Shown: positions 1 to 9,523 of the stretch, one piece after another
Layout of the letters: every line of letters begins with the position of its first letter
Position numbering within the stretch: the first letter of the stretch is position 1
NCBI GenBank assembly: GCA_964462565.1
Contig: CAYWYC010000002.1
Span: 1 to 56,913 of the forward strand
DNA length: 56,913 nucleotides
Direction of reading: 5' to 3'
Source: an uncultured Candidatus Sumerlaeota bacterium
Lineage (GTDB): Bacteria > Sumerlaeota > Sumerlaeia > UBA8349
Position numbers and translations under genes: made by a program
The notes under the pieces: generated by a model
The model's input: only the letters and a program-made list of their open reading frames with translations
Told to the model about the DNA's origin: nothing
Databases searched by the model: none

Positions 1-33
1 CAGCATAAATATACAGATGATTCTTGCAGGCAT
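1..33 (-). CDS. 5' end of a gene running off the window; starts like a signal peptide (MPARIICIFML...)
   Basis: Minus strand reads AACAGGAGATCCC-ATG, an AGGAG RBS 5 nt before the ATG at 33. The 11 open codons have a basic-then-hydrophobic pattern. Confidence 0.5.
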   Translation of the reverse strand, partial: MPARIICIFML

Positions 34-278
34 GGGATCTCCTGTTTGTAGTAAGACCCGTAAGGGCCGTCGTCCGGAGCAGAAATTTCCAGGATGATGA
101 ATGGATTCCATGCATCCCGACGCCCTTCACGGGGATGACTACGAACACGCAAGCAGAGATAATGCCTCTCCTCTATTGCTTGCCCACTTATGTTACGGTC
201 CCCAAGATTAATATTCCTTGAAGCATAAGGGAAACCCTTACAGGCTTCCAATTATGTGCTGCTGGAAAATTCGTTTTC

Positions 279-1112
279 TCAGGCGGCCACTTCTTTTGGG
301 GTAAGCGGGGGAGACTTGGGTGGCGATTTGGGACTGCTTGAGCGGATGATGTAATCCAGAATGATCGGTCCGAGCTCGATATTCTGACGCAAAACGCCTT
401 CCAGGCCGAATCGTGGGTTGAATTCGAGAAGGTAGTAAAATCCGTCCACGTCGGCAACGTCGAAGCCTGCATGATTGATTTCCAATCGCCTGGCCACATC
501 CTCAACCAGATCCAAAGCACCCTGGGGTATATTTCCGAAGCGGATGACGCCTCCCTGGGAAACGTTGTTATGGAAGCATCCTTTCCGGGCTTCGCGCCAA
601 TAGGCCGTTACGATCCTGTCGCCGATCCACACGATTCGCATGTCGCGTTTGATGGGTAGATATTCCTGAACATAGAGGACATCGTTGCGGCCGCAGTATT
701 GTTCCCAGTCGTCAAAGTTCTGGATAAGGTGGACGCCATAGCCCTGGGCATTGCGCACTTCCTTGGCAACAAAGGGGAAGTAGAAGGTGTCCAGGATTTC
801 TTCGGCATGGACGGGGGTGTTCGAAAGGATGCGCGTCTCCGGGGTGGCGTCGGGTCGTACCATCCAGAAAGCCCGAGTCATTTCAATTTTGTCATGGCCC
901 ATCAGGAAAGTGGGGAGATTTGGAAAAACCGGCTTTTTCAGACCATAGCAGAGGGCGTTGAGTTGCCAGTATTCGGGAAAGAGGATATAGTCCGCATCCT
1001 GCAGGAGTTGCCTTTCCTGATACATCATTTCGGGTTTTATGTAACGGGTGTCGGGGATTCCGCTGGATCGATGTGGATCAAAACTGACAAAACGAAAAAG
1101 TTTCTGGGGCAT
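279..1112 (-). CDS. RimK-like ATP-grasp ligase
   Basis: ATP-grasp motifs FPFVAK..QGYGVHLI, YVQEYLP, RDMRIV, HNNVSQGG, GFDVA and YLLEFN; 277 aa with a Pro/Ser-rich tail. Confidence 0.85.
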   Translation of the reverse strand: MPQKLFRFVSFDPHRSSGIPDTRYIKPEMMYQERQLLQDADYILFPEYWQLNALCYGLKKPVFPNLPTFLMGHDKIEMTRAFWMVRPDATPETRILSNTPVHAEEILDTFYFPFVAKEVRNAQGYGVHLIQNFDDWEQYCGRNDVLYVQEYLPIKRDMRIVWIGDRIVTAYWREARKGCFHNNVSQGGVIRFGNIPQGALDLVEDVARRLEINHAGFDVADVDGFYYLLEFNPRFGLEGVLRQNIELGPIILDYIIRSSSPKSPPKSPPLTPKEVAA

Positions 1113-1398
1113 ATTTCTTCATCACCGGTTTGGAACCGGTTCTATTAGCGAATTCTTGCATCGCCAAAAAAAGGCATCGGATTATGCTTATTTTTGCGTA
1201 ATCAGTCAAGCGAATAGTGCTATTGCAAAAAAAACAGTGGTTGCACAATGCTTATCTATGTCGTCTTGTTGCATCTGTGGCCTGCAAAAATTTCACACTG
1301 AAGAATGATAAAGCCCTTGCCGATAAAGATAACAGTATAGAATGAATAGTGGGCGCAACTCGCGCCATTTTATCTAATCTTCGTTTAGCGGAAATGTC

Positions 1399-3483
1399 AT
1401 GTATCAGCTGGAAGGTAAGTACCAAGAACTGCTGACGACGGAAGAAAATGCCGTTATCCTGGTGGATACCAACCATTGGACGATCCTGGATGTCAACCCC
1501 ATGGCCGAGAAGATGTATGGCTTCAGTCGTCGGGATCTTTTGCGAATGGGCGTGCGGGAACTGGCGGCGAATCCCTCGTTTATGGAAGAGGCCTTGGTTA
1601 AGCGTCAGATTATTATTTCGGAAATCACCAATCGCAGGAAATCAGGAGAAGAATTTCCGGTTCAGGCGATCTGTAATTATTTTCGGGTGAATGCCGAAGA
1701 TTTGATGATCATGATTGTGATCGACCTGGAAAGCCGGAGAAAAGCCGAGGAGGAAATCCGGCGCTACCAGCTGCAGCTCGAGACCAGCAATCGGGTCAGT
1801 CAGGCTTTTCTGACCACGCTGGACGATGCCGTTTTTCAGGAAGTGCTGGAGATTTTGCAGGAAGCGCTGGGCAGTCCGATAGGCTTTTTTGGCTATATCG
1901 ATGAAGAGGGGCAACTGGTCTGTCCGTCCATGTCCGAGGGCGTTTACGATCAATGCGATATGGAAGACCGAAGCCTGGTTTTTCCGCCGGATAGTTGGGC
2001 CGGTATTTGGGGCAGGAGTCTTCGGGAGAAAAAGGCGCTGCTTTCTAATGGCTCGTTGCATCCTCCGGAGGGGCGCCTGCCGCTGGAGAGGGCCATTGTG
2101 GCGCCCTTGCTGCATCAGGATCAGTTGGTGGGGCAGTTTTGTCTGGCCAATGCTTCGCGGGATTATTCGGAAGAGGATCTCCGTTTTCTGGAAAATATTG
2201 CGAACCAGGTCGCTCCCGTCCTTTATATGCGGCTGGAAACGATGCGCTACAATCGCGAGCGGGAAATGCAGATGCAGGAACGGGTGGCGCTGGAAGAGCA
2301 ATTGCGCCAGGCCCAGAAGATGGAGGCCATCGGGACGCTGGCCGGTGGGATTGCTCATGACTTTAACAATATTCTGAGCGCGGTGCTTGGTTATGCTGAT
2401 CTTGCCTTTCAGGACACCAAGGGCAATACCGACGCGCGGTCGAGTATATCGGAAGTGTTGAAGGCCGGCAGGCGCGCCCGGGATCTGGTGGGCCAGATTC
2501 TGGCTTTCAGCCGTCAGACGGAACAGGAAAAACGTCCTCTCCGGCTGCAGCCTTTGCTCAAAGAAGCAGTGAAACTTTTGCGGGGTTCCATCCCTTCCAC
2601 GATTGACATTCACATGGACATATCCCGGGATTGCGGAACCGTCATGGCCGATCCCACGGGTATTCACCAGATTGTGATGAACCTGTGCACAAATGCCTAT
2701 CAGGCGATGGCTGAATTTGCCCAGCATCCCGACCGAAGCAAGCGCAACTGCAAACTGGAATTGAGCCTGAAGCAAAAATATGTCGGCGAGAAGGAAGCCG
2801 AAGAGCATATCGACCTGAGTAGCCGGGCCTATGCGGTTTTGACGATTCAGGATACGGGCAAAGGCATGAGCCCGGAATTGCTCTCGAAGATTTTTGTCCC
2901 CTACTTCACGACCAAGCAGAAGGAAGAAGGCACGGGCCTCGGCCTTTCGGTGGTGCATAGTATTGTGAAGGCCCACGACGGCGCTATCACAGTCAGCAGT
3001 GCGCCCGATAAAGGCTCGCGCTTTGATATCTATTTGCCGCTTTCGGAAAAGCCCCAGCAAGCGGCTCCTGTATCGGGAAAAAACAGTCTGCCCGTGGGCA
3101 CTGAAACCATATTGCTGGTGGATGACGAAGAACCCATTATCCAGGTGGGCCGGCTTTCTCTGGAGCGTCTTGGCTACAAGGTGACGGCTGCGGAAAGTGG
3201 TCCCGAGGCTTTGGAATATTTTGGCGCGAATCCTGAAAAATATGACGCGGTCATCACTGATCTGACCATGCCCCGCATGACGGGCCTGGAATTAGCCGAA
3301 AAACTCCTCGCAATTCGCCCCGATATCCCTATCATATTATGCACGGGTTTCAGCGAAGCGGTGACGCCGGAAGATATCCGGGCCGCCGGCATTCGGGAGA
3401 TCTCACTGAAGCCGATTATTGCGCGGAAGCTGGCCCAGACGATCCGCGAAATTGTCGATTCTCCTGAAAAGGTTTCGTCCTGA
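1399..3483 (+). CDS. Hybrid sensor histidine kinase (PAS-GAF-HisKA-HATPase-REC)
   Basis: H-box [22 protein letters not shown]-box MNLCTNA, DTGKGM, PYFTTK..EGTGLGL; receiver motifs ILLVDDE, TDLTMP and KP. Confidence 0.92.
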   Translation: MYQLEGKYQELLTTEENAVILVDTNHWTILDVNPMAEKMYGFSRRDLLRMGVRELAANPSFMEEALVKRQIIISEITNRRKSGEEFPVQAICNYFRVNAEDLMIMIVIDLESRRKAEEEIRRYQLQLETSNRVSQAFLTTLDDAVFQEVLEILQEALGSPIGFFGYIDEEGQLVCPSMSEGVYDQCDMEDRSLVFPPDSWAGIWGRSLREKKALLSNGSLHPPEGRLPLERAIVAPLLHQDQLVGQFCLANASRDYSEEDLRFLENIANQVAPVLYMRLETMRYNREREMQMQERVALEEQLRQAQKMEAIGTLAGGIAHDFNNILSAVLGYADLAFQDTKGNTDARSSISEVLKAGRRARDLVGQILAFSRQTEQEKRPLRLQPLLKEAVKLLRGSIPSTIDIHMDISRDCGTVMADPTGIHQIVMNLCTNAYQAMAEFAQHPDRSKRNCKLELSLKQKYVGEKEAEEHIDLSSRAYAVLTIQDTGKGMSPELLSKIFVPYFTTKQKEEGTGLGLSVVHSIVKAHDGAITVSSAPDKGSRFDIYLPLSEKPQQAAPVSGKNSLPVGTETILLVDDEEPIIQVGRLSLERLGYKVTAAESGPEALEYFGANPEKYDAVITDLTMPRMTGLELAEKLLAIRPDIPIILCTGFSEAVTPEDIRAAGIREISLKPIIARKLAQTIREIVDSPEKVSS

Positions 3484-3591
3484 GCAAAGTGTTTTGATTT
3501 CATCCGGCGAACTCCCCGTTTTCCTGTAATACCCCTTAACCTGTTTGCCGCTCTGCCATGTGCAGAATTTCCGGCTGGACATGGATCCTGT

Positions 3592-4656
3592 ATGCACGGA
3601 GACTCGCGTTCTATTTCATCCTCTCCACGTCGGAACCCGTCACGGTTTCGGGTCGACCGACCCATCGACGTGGTCTTGGTGGGGGAAGCCCATGCATTGC
3701 ATCATATCCGGCGCAAGGAATACGCCGAACGCCCCTTGCGGGTTTCCGCCATTCTGAAGGGACTGGAGCGGATCGATGTAAGTTGGCATGCTTCGCGGGA
3801 ATATTCCCTGGATCCCATACGGGAGGTGCATGACGGAGGCATGGTGGACTTTCTGGAAAAGGCGGCCCGGCGTCTGGCGGACGGCGTGCATCTGTATCCC
3901 GAAGCCTTTCCGCTTCCTTCGCAGCGACGCTCTCCCAAGTCCTGGGAATTTCAGTTGGGTTTTTATTGCAACGATGCCTTTACCCCGGTGACCAATCGGG
4001 TTTTTCATATCGCCCGGCAGTCGGTGCATTGCGCGATGACCGGGGCCGATCTGATCCTGGAGGGATCGCCCCTTGCGTACAGCCTGTGCCGGCCACCAGG
4101 GCATCATACGACGCGGGGGATTTTCGGTGGATATTGCTACCTGAACAACACGGCCATTGCCGCCCATTATCTTTCGCAAAAGGGCAAGGTTGCCATTGTG
4201 GATCTGGACTATCACCACGGCAACGGCACACAGGATATTTTTTATCATCGGGGCGATGTGTTTTTTGCGTCGATCCATGGGCATCCCGATTTTTCCTATC
4301 CCTATTTTGCGGGTTACGCGAATGAGCGGGGAGAAGGCGAGGGACGGGGCCGGAACCGGAATTTTCCCTTGCAGTCGGGCATTGGCGACGGGGAGTATCA
4401 GGCGGCGCTGGAGAAGACATGTGTGGCGATCCGCCGCTTCCGCCCGAAGTATCTGGTGGTTTCTTTGGGGCTGGATATCATGCGGGGCGATCAGGAAGGC
4501 ACCTTTCTGGTGACGGCTGCGGGTATGCGTGAGATCGGGGCCATGCTGCACGAAATCGGCGTGCCGACGCTGGTGATCCAGGAGGGAGGCTATGCCCTGA
4601 ATAACCTGAGGCGCGGGGCGGTGGCTTTTCTGGGTGGTCTGGGTGGAGCCAAATAA
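3592..4656 (+). CDS. Histone-deacetylase-family / acetylpolyamine amidohydrolase-like protein
   Basis: RPPGHH, GGYCYLNN, DLDYHHGNGTQDIFY, SLGLD and QEGGY motifs. Confidence 0.9.
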   Translation: MHGDSRSISSSPRRNPSRFRVDRPIDVVLVGEAHALHHIRRKEYAERPLRVSAILKGLERIDVSWHASREYSLDPIREVHDGGMVDFLEKAARRLADGVHLYPEAFPLPSQRRSPKSWEFQLGFYCNDAFTPVTNRVFHIARQSVHCAMTGADLILEGSPLAYSLCRPPGHHTTRGIFGGYCYLNNTAIAAHYLSQKGKVAIVDLDYHHGNGTQDIFYHRGDVFFASIHGHPDFSYPYFAGYANERGEGEGRGRNRNFPLQSGIGDGEYQAALEKTCVAIRRFRPKYLVVSLGLDIMRGDQEGTFLVTAAGMREIGAMLHEIGVPTLVIQEGGYALNNLRRGAVAFLGGLGGAK

Positions 4657-4672
4657 ATCAGGAGCGAGAGGC

Positions 4673-5680
4673 ATGAACAGCAAAGAACGTTATATGGCGA
4701 TGGTGCGGGGGAAGGAAGTGGATTTTATTCCGCGTATTCCGATTGTGATGCAATTTGCGGCGGAGTATATCGGTTCGAACTATGGAAAACTGGCTTCCGA
4801 TTATCGGACGCTGGTCCAGGCGAATGTGGCCTGCGCGAAGGACTTTGGCTTCGACCAGCTCAGTCTGATATCCGACCCTTATCGGGAGACCCAGGGCTTT
4901 GGCGGCAAGGTGGAGTATATTCCCGATGGCGTTCCGCGGTGCACGGCTCCCCTGGAAAATTCGAAAGATCTGGCCGACCTGAAGCGTCCCGATCCGCAGA
5001 CTTCCGAGCGCATGCGGGATCGCCTGGATGGGGCCTGCGCATACGCGAAGGACTACGGGCAGGAATACAGCATCATGGGCTGGGTGGAAGGTCCCGCGGC
5101 GGAAGCGGCGGATTTGCGGGGCGTGATGAATTTTCTGATGGACGTGATGGATGATGAAGGTTTTGTGGAGGCGCTGATGGATCGTTGTCTGGAGACGGCT
5201 ATCGAATTCGCCCGTGCCCAGATTCTGGCGGGATGCGACACCATTGGAATAGGCGACGCCATCGCGAGCCAGTTGTCGCCTGATATTTATGAAAAAATGG
5301 TCCAGCCGCGAGAAGCCAAACTGGTCGAGGCGATCCAGTCGGCAGGCGGCATCGCGCGGCTCCATATCTGTGGAAACATCACGCACCTGCTTCCGGGCAT
5401 TGCCGAAATGGGCGTGGATATTCTGGATGTGGACCACATGGTGGACATGGCTGCCGCGCGTGAAGCCGTTGGGGGCGATTGCGTCCTGGCCGGAAATCTG
5501 GACCCCGTGGAAGCCGTCAAAAACGGTGCGCCGGAAGGCATTCGGGCGGCGGTGCGTGAGATAGTGGAAACCGTCGGCTTGCCCTGTATGGTCAACGCCG
5601 GATGCGAAATTCCATCAGGTACGCCGGAAGCAAACTTGAAGGCCCTGTGCGAGCCTCTGATGGTGGAAAATCTGTCCTGA
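4673..5680 (+). CDS. Uroporphyrinogen-decarboxylase-superfamily protein, MtaA/CmuA-type Zn methyltransferase-like
   Basis: LHICGN (HxC) and C-terminal NAGCEIP provide candidate Zn ligands; also GNLDP and EGPAAEA. ATG at 4673 follows GGAG/GAGG, 16 bp after the deacetylase stop. Confidence 0.8.
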   Translation: MNSKERYMAMVRGKEVDFIPRIPIVMQFAAEYIGSNYGKLASDYRTLVQANVACAKDFGFDQLSLISDPYRETQGFGGKVEYIPDGVPRCTAPLENSKDLADLKRPDPQTSERMRDRLDGACAYAKDYGQEYSIMGWVEGPAAEAADLRGVMNFLMDVMDDEGFVEALMDRCLETAIEFARAQILAGCDTIGIGDAIASQLSPDIYEKMVQPREAKLVEAIQSAGGIARLHICGNITHLLPGIAEMGVDILDVDHMVDMAAAREAVGGDCVLAGNLDPVEAVKNGAPEGIRAAVREIVETVGLPCMVNAGCEIPSGTPEANLKALCEPLMVENLS

Positions 5681-5707
5681 TCTGGTTCAGGCCCGGGTGC
5701 GGTTTTT

Positions 5708-5740
5708 AATAACCACGAAATACACGAACCACACGAAAAA
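5708..5740. repeat. Dispersed 33-bp repeat, copy 1 (AATAACCACGAAATACACGAACCACACGAAAAA)
   Basis: 32/33 identical to 26368-26400; built from three 9-nt CACGAA-containing units. Confidence 0.9.
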
Positions 5741-5875
5741 AGTCGGACCGTTGTGCTATCTGCGGATCAGGGCGCACCAGTCCTTGTGATGGTCTTCTGC
5801 GCCTTATCAATGTCTGTTTGTTAGTTCGATTGCCATTGCGATTGCTTGGGCGAGTGCGATACTATCACCTTCGTT

Positions 5876-8176
5876 ATGAGTGCCGCTCGCAAAGATACTT
5901 CCTCCCCGTCTTCCTCCGGCAAGGACCAGACCCTTTTTGCCAACGTAGCGGTGAACCTGCCGATTTATCAGACCTATACCTATCGCGTGCCCGCGAAGTT
6001 GCAGGAACAGGTGGGAGCAGGCTCCATGGTGGAAGTGCCTGTGCTGAACCGGAAGGAGCAGGGGGTAGTGGTGGGGCTTTCGGACAAGGCCGACATACCG
6101 GTAAAGCGGATCAAATACATCAAGGAAGTCCTGACGCCGGACTACCGGATCAGCGCCGAACTGCTGCACCTGGCCGGATGGATGGGGGAATATTATCTGG
6201 GGAGCCTGGGCGAGACGCTGGCCTGCATCAGTTTCTTCGGTCTGCGGCATCTGGGGCCTGCCACCGAACGGCGGCTGGTACTGGCGGAACCGGAGCGTGA
6301 GGATATGGTCCATGCGCGTGACGGAAGCAAGTTGACCCCGCGCCAGCGCGAGATCGCCCAATCTTTCCTGAAGCATTCCAACAAGGCCGTGACGCGCGCG
6401 GAACTGATGCGTCGCGAGAAGTGCTCCGCCGGAATTATCAATACACTGCTGCAAAAGGGGGTGTTGGTAGAGCAGGAGGTGGAGCGGGTGCGGGTGGACC
6501 CCTACCACGCGCCGGGAACTTCGGCTTCGCCCTACAATCTGACGGATGAGCAGGCCGACGCGCACCGGGCGATCAGTGAAGCCATCGATGCCGAACGTTT
6601 CGAGGTGTTCATGCTCTATGGCATCACGGGCAGCGGCAAGACGGAGATATACCTGCAATGCATCGACCGGGTCCTGCAAAAAGGACAGCAGGCGATTGCG
6701 CTGGTGCCGGAGATTTCGTTGACCCCCCAGGCGGTGGAGCGTTTTCGCGCACGATTCGGGATGCAGGTGGGCGTTTATCATTCGCGCATGACGCCCGCGG
6801 AAAAACTGGACCTCTGGAAGCGGATCGACCGGGGCCAGGTGAATGTGCTGATCGGAGCACGGTCGGCGGTATTCGCGCCTTTTGAACGGCTGGGGCTTGT
6901 GGTGGTGGATGAAGAGCATGAGCACACCTACAAGCAGGCGGAGCCGGCTCCCCGCTATCATGCCCGCGACGTGGGTATCTGGCGGGCGCGTCAGTCGGGT
7001 ATTCCGGTCATCCTGGGCAGTGCGACGCCTTCGCTGGAAAGTGTGTACAATTGCCAGGTGGAAAAATATCGCATGCTGCAACTGAGTCAGCGCGTCGGCA
7101 ACGCCAAGCTTCCCGACATCCGCTTGATCGACATGGGCAGCCAGGTGCGCGAAGAAGGCGAGACGGGGCTGGTTTCGTCGGCCCTGCGCCAGGCAATCGA
7201 GGCACGGCTCGAAAGGGGCGAGCAGTCGATCCTTTTCCTGAACCGGCGCGGCTTTTCGAACTTCATGCTCTGCATGTCGTGCAAGACGCCGATCCGATGC
7301 AACCATTGCGATGTGGTGATGACGTGGCACAAGGCGATCCAAAAACTGGTCTGCCACTTTTGCGGGGCCATGCAACCCCGCCCCCTGATCTGTCCAGAAT
7401 GCGGCGAAGGCGAACCGGCGGAAATGGGCGCGGGAACCCAGCGGATCGAGGAGGAGGTTTGCCGCATCTATCCCGAGGCGCGCGTGCTGCGGGTGGACCT
7501 GGATACGGCCGGCGGACGGCATGGCTTCATCAATGTATGGGACAAAATCGAGAAGGGGGATTATGACATCCTGCTGGGAACGCAGATGATCGCCAAGGGC
7601 CTGCACCTGGAAAATGTGACGCTGGTGGGGGTGATCTCGGCGGATCATATGCTTTTCATGCCGGACTTCCGGTCGGCGGAGCGCACCTTTGCCATGCTGA
7701 CGCAGGTGGCGGGCCGCGCCGGGCGGATGCTGCGCCGGGGCGAGGTATTGATCCAGTCCTACATCCCGCACCACTACGCCATCCAGCGGGCCATCCAGCA
7801 CGACACGGAAGGCTTCTGGAAGCAGGAAATGCATATTCGCGAGATGATGGGTTTTCCGCCGTATTGCCGTTTTCTGCTGGTGCGGATGCTGGCCGACAAG
7901 GAAGACCAGGTGCGATCCAGCGCCCAGCGCCTGGCCGCCATCCTGCGCGAGGCATGTGCCCGGGGGAATCGCTTTCGTCCCGTGAAAATCTACGGCCCCG
8001 CGCCGTCGCCCATCTCACGCCTGCGCGACAAGTATCGCTGGCAGATTGTCCTGAGCGACACGAAACCCTCGCGCCTGCGCGGCCTGCTGGAACTGGCGCT
8101 GGACCGTTTGTCGAAAGAAAAAGGACACAGCCGCACGCAGATTATACTCGACATGGATCCCATGGACTTGCTTTGA
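5876..8176 (+). CDS. priA: Primosomal protein N' (replication-restart helicase)
   Basis: GITGSGKTEIY, LVPEISLTPQ, DEEHE, PRYHARD, LNRRGF, four CxxC Zn motifs, GTQMIAKG and QVAGRAGR. Confidence 0.97.
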   Translation: MSAARKDTSSPSSSGKDQTLFANVAVNLPIYQTYTYRVPAKLQEQVGAGSMVEVPVLNRKEQGVVVGLSDKADIPVKRIKYIKEVLTPDYRISAELLHLAGWMGEYYLGSLGETLACISFFGLRHLGPATERRLVLAEPEREDMVHARDGSKLTPRQREIAQSFLKHSNKAVTRAELMRREKCSAGIINTLLQKGVLVEQEVERVRVDPYHAPGTSASPYNLTDEQADAHRAISEAIDAERFEVFMLYGITGSGKTEIYLQCIDRVLQKGQQAIALVPEISLTPQAVERFRARFGMQVGVYHSRMTPAEKLDLWKRIDRGQVNVLIGARSAVFAPFERLGLVVVDEEHEHTYKQAEPAPRYHARDVGIWRARQSGIPVILGSATPSLESVYNCQVEKYRMLQLSQRVGNAKLPDIRLIDMGSQVREEGETGLVSSALRQAIEARLERGEQSILFLNRRGFSNFMLCMSCKTPIRCNHCDVVMTWHKAIQKLVCHFCGAMQPRPLICPECGEGEPAEMGAGTQRIEEEVCRIYPEARVLRVDLDTAGGRHGFINVWDKIEKGDYDILLGTQMIAKGLHLENVTLVGVISADHMLFMPDFRSAERTFAMLTQVAGRAGRMLRRGEVLIQSYIPHHYAIQRAIQHDTEGFWKQEMHIREMMGFPPYCRFLLVRMLADKEDQVRSSAQRLAAILREACARGNRFRPVKIYGPAPSPISRLRDKYRWQIVLSDTKPSRLRGLLELALDRLSKEKGHSRTQIILDMDPMDLL

Positions 8177-8217
8177 TAGCGTGAGAAAAGGGCGGCACAA
8201 GCCACGGGGAACGATAT

Positions 8218-9345
8218 ATGCATCTTGAGCATTTGCAGGTGGAAAAATTCCGTTGTCTCGATTCCTTTGAGCAGGAGTTGCCCAAGGGGCGCATCCTGAT
8301 CGAAGGCAATAATGCCAGCGGAAAGACCACCCTCCTCGAAGCCATCTACTACCTCGTGACGGGGCGTTCCTTTCGTACGCGCTATGATAACGACTGCATC
8401 CCCTGGGACGCGCCGGGTGACACGCTGAGCCTGATCCGGGGCAAGGCGCGACGGGCGAATGGCGATACCTGCCGCCTGGGTGTGACGCTGGGGACGGGCC
8501 TGAAGGCGGTGCGGATCGATGGAAAGCCCCTCAAACAACTCGCCGGACTCTGGGGCAAACTGCGGGCCGTGCTTTTTACGCCGGACGACCTGCAGCTGAT
8601 CAAGGGCGCTCCGGGTGAGCGGCGACGCTACCTGGACGTGGCGCTGAGCCAGATCGATCCGAACTATATTTTTTATCTCCAGCGCTATAACCATGCCATG
8701 CGCCAGCGCAATGCCCTGCTCAAGCGCACGGACCTGACCGACCGTCAGATGCACCAGAACGTGGCGCCCTGGGATGACCAGCTGGCCGAAAACGGCGCGC
8801 CCGTCATGAAGGCCCGCCATGATTTTATCATGGCCCTGGAGCCGCGCGCCGCACAGATTTACTGGCAGATCGTGGCCCATACGGCCGATTCCAAAGACCG
8901 TGCCGATGAGGTGCTCCACCTGCAATACCAGAGTTCCATCAAGATGCGCCTGCCCGATGACCTGGACAAGATTCGCGCGAATATTCTTAAGCACCTGGGC
9001 GAAAGCACCTACGAAGACCGGAGGCGTGGACAGACCGGGGTCGGTCCGCATCGGGATGACATGGGGGTGTTACTGAGCAGAAAGCCGACGCGCGACTTTG
9101 GCTCGCAGGGACAAATCCGCTCCGCCGTTCTGGCCCTGACGCTGGCCGAGATCGAAGAGATGGAAAGCCGCACGGGTGAAGCACCGCTCGTGTTGCTGGA
9201 TGACCTGGCCTCGGAACTGGACCCCCTGCGCAAGGCCAAACTCCTGGAATTGCTCCAGCCCCACTGGCAGAATTTCATGACCACCACCCGCCGCTCCGAC
9301 TTCCCCGACGCCGACGCCTTCGATCTGGTGATCACGCTTCCTTGA
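8218..9345 (+). CDS. recF: DNA replication/repair protein RecF
   Basis: GNNASGKTTLLEAIY, SFRT, GAPGERRRYLD, QRNALLK, GPHRDD, GSQGQ and LLDDLASELD. Confidence 0.96.
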   Translation: MHLEHLQVEKFRCLDSFEQELPKGRILIEGNNASGKTTLLEAIYYLVTGRSFRTRYDNDCIPWDAPGDTLSLIRGKARRANGDTCRLGVTLGTGLKAVRIDGKPLKQLAGLWGKLRAVLFTPDDLQLIKGAPGERRRYLDVALSQIDPNYIFYLQRYNHAMRQRNALLKRTDLTDRQMHQNVAPWDDQLAENGAPVMKARHDFIMALEPRAAQIYWQIVAHTADSKDRADEVLHLQYQSSIKMRLPDDLDKIRANILKHLGESTYEDRRRGQTGVGPHRDDMGVLLSRKPTRDFGSQGQIRSAVLALTLAEIEEMESRTGEAPLVLLDDLASELDPLRKAKLLELLQPHWQNFMTTTRRSDFPDADAFDLVITLP

Positions 9346-9380
9346 AATTATAAAGTGCCAGCGTTTCGAAATTGCGAGCC

Positions 9381-9414
9381 GTCTGACTAGTCCGGCTAGC
9401 CGGACTAGTCAGAC
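9381..9414. repeat. Perfect 34-bp loopless palindrome between convergent recF and mutS
   Basis: GTCTGACTAGTCCGGCTAGCCGGACTAGTCAGAC is its own reverse complement. Confidence 0.95.
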
Positions 9415-9523
9415 ACCCAAGTCACTCCACCGCTTCCACTTTGATGCCGGTGAGGAGCGGCGGGATTGAATTGACGGCGTTTCCACCGACCCGTCCGACA
9501 AACCACCTTTACGCGGCATCGCC

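Noticed and set aside
2300-2380. Nucleotide similarity to about 54825-54900 in inverted orientation
   Set aside because: It is explained by the conserved H-box of paralogous histidine kinases and is not a mobile repeat.
9410-9520. Short minus-strand ORF (about 36 aa, MPRKGG...) after mutS
   Set aside because: It has no motif and a weak RBS, and it ends inside the palindrome.
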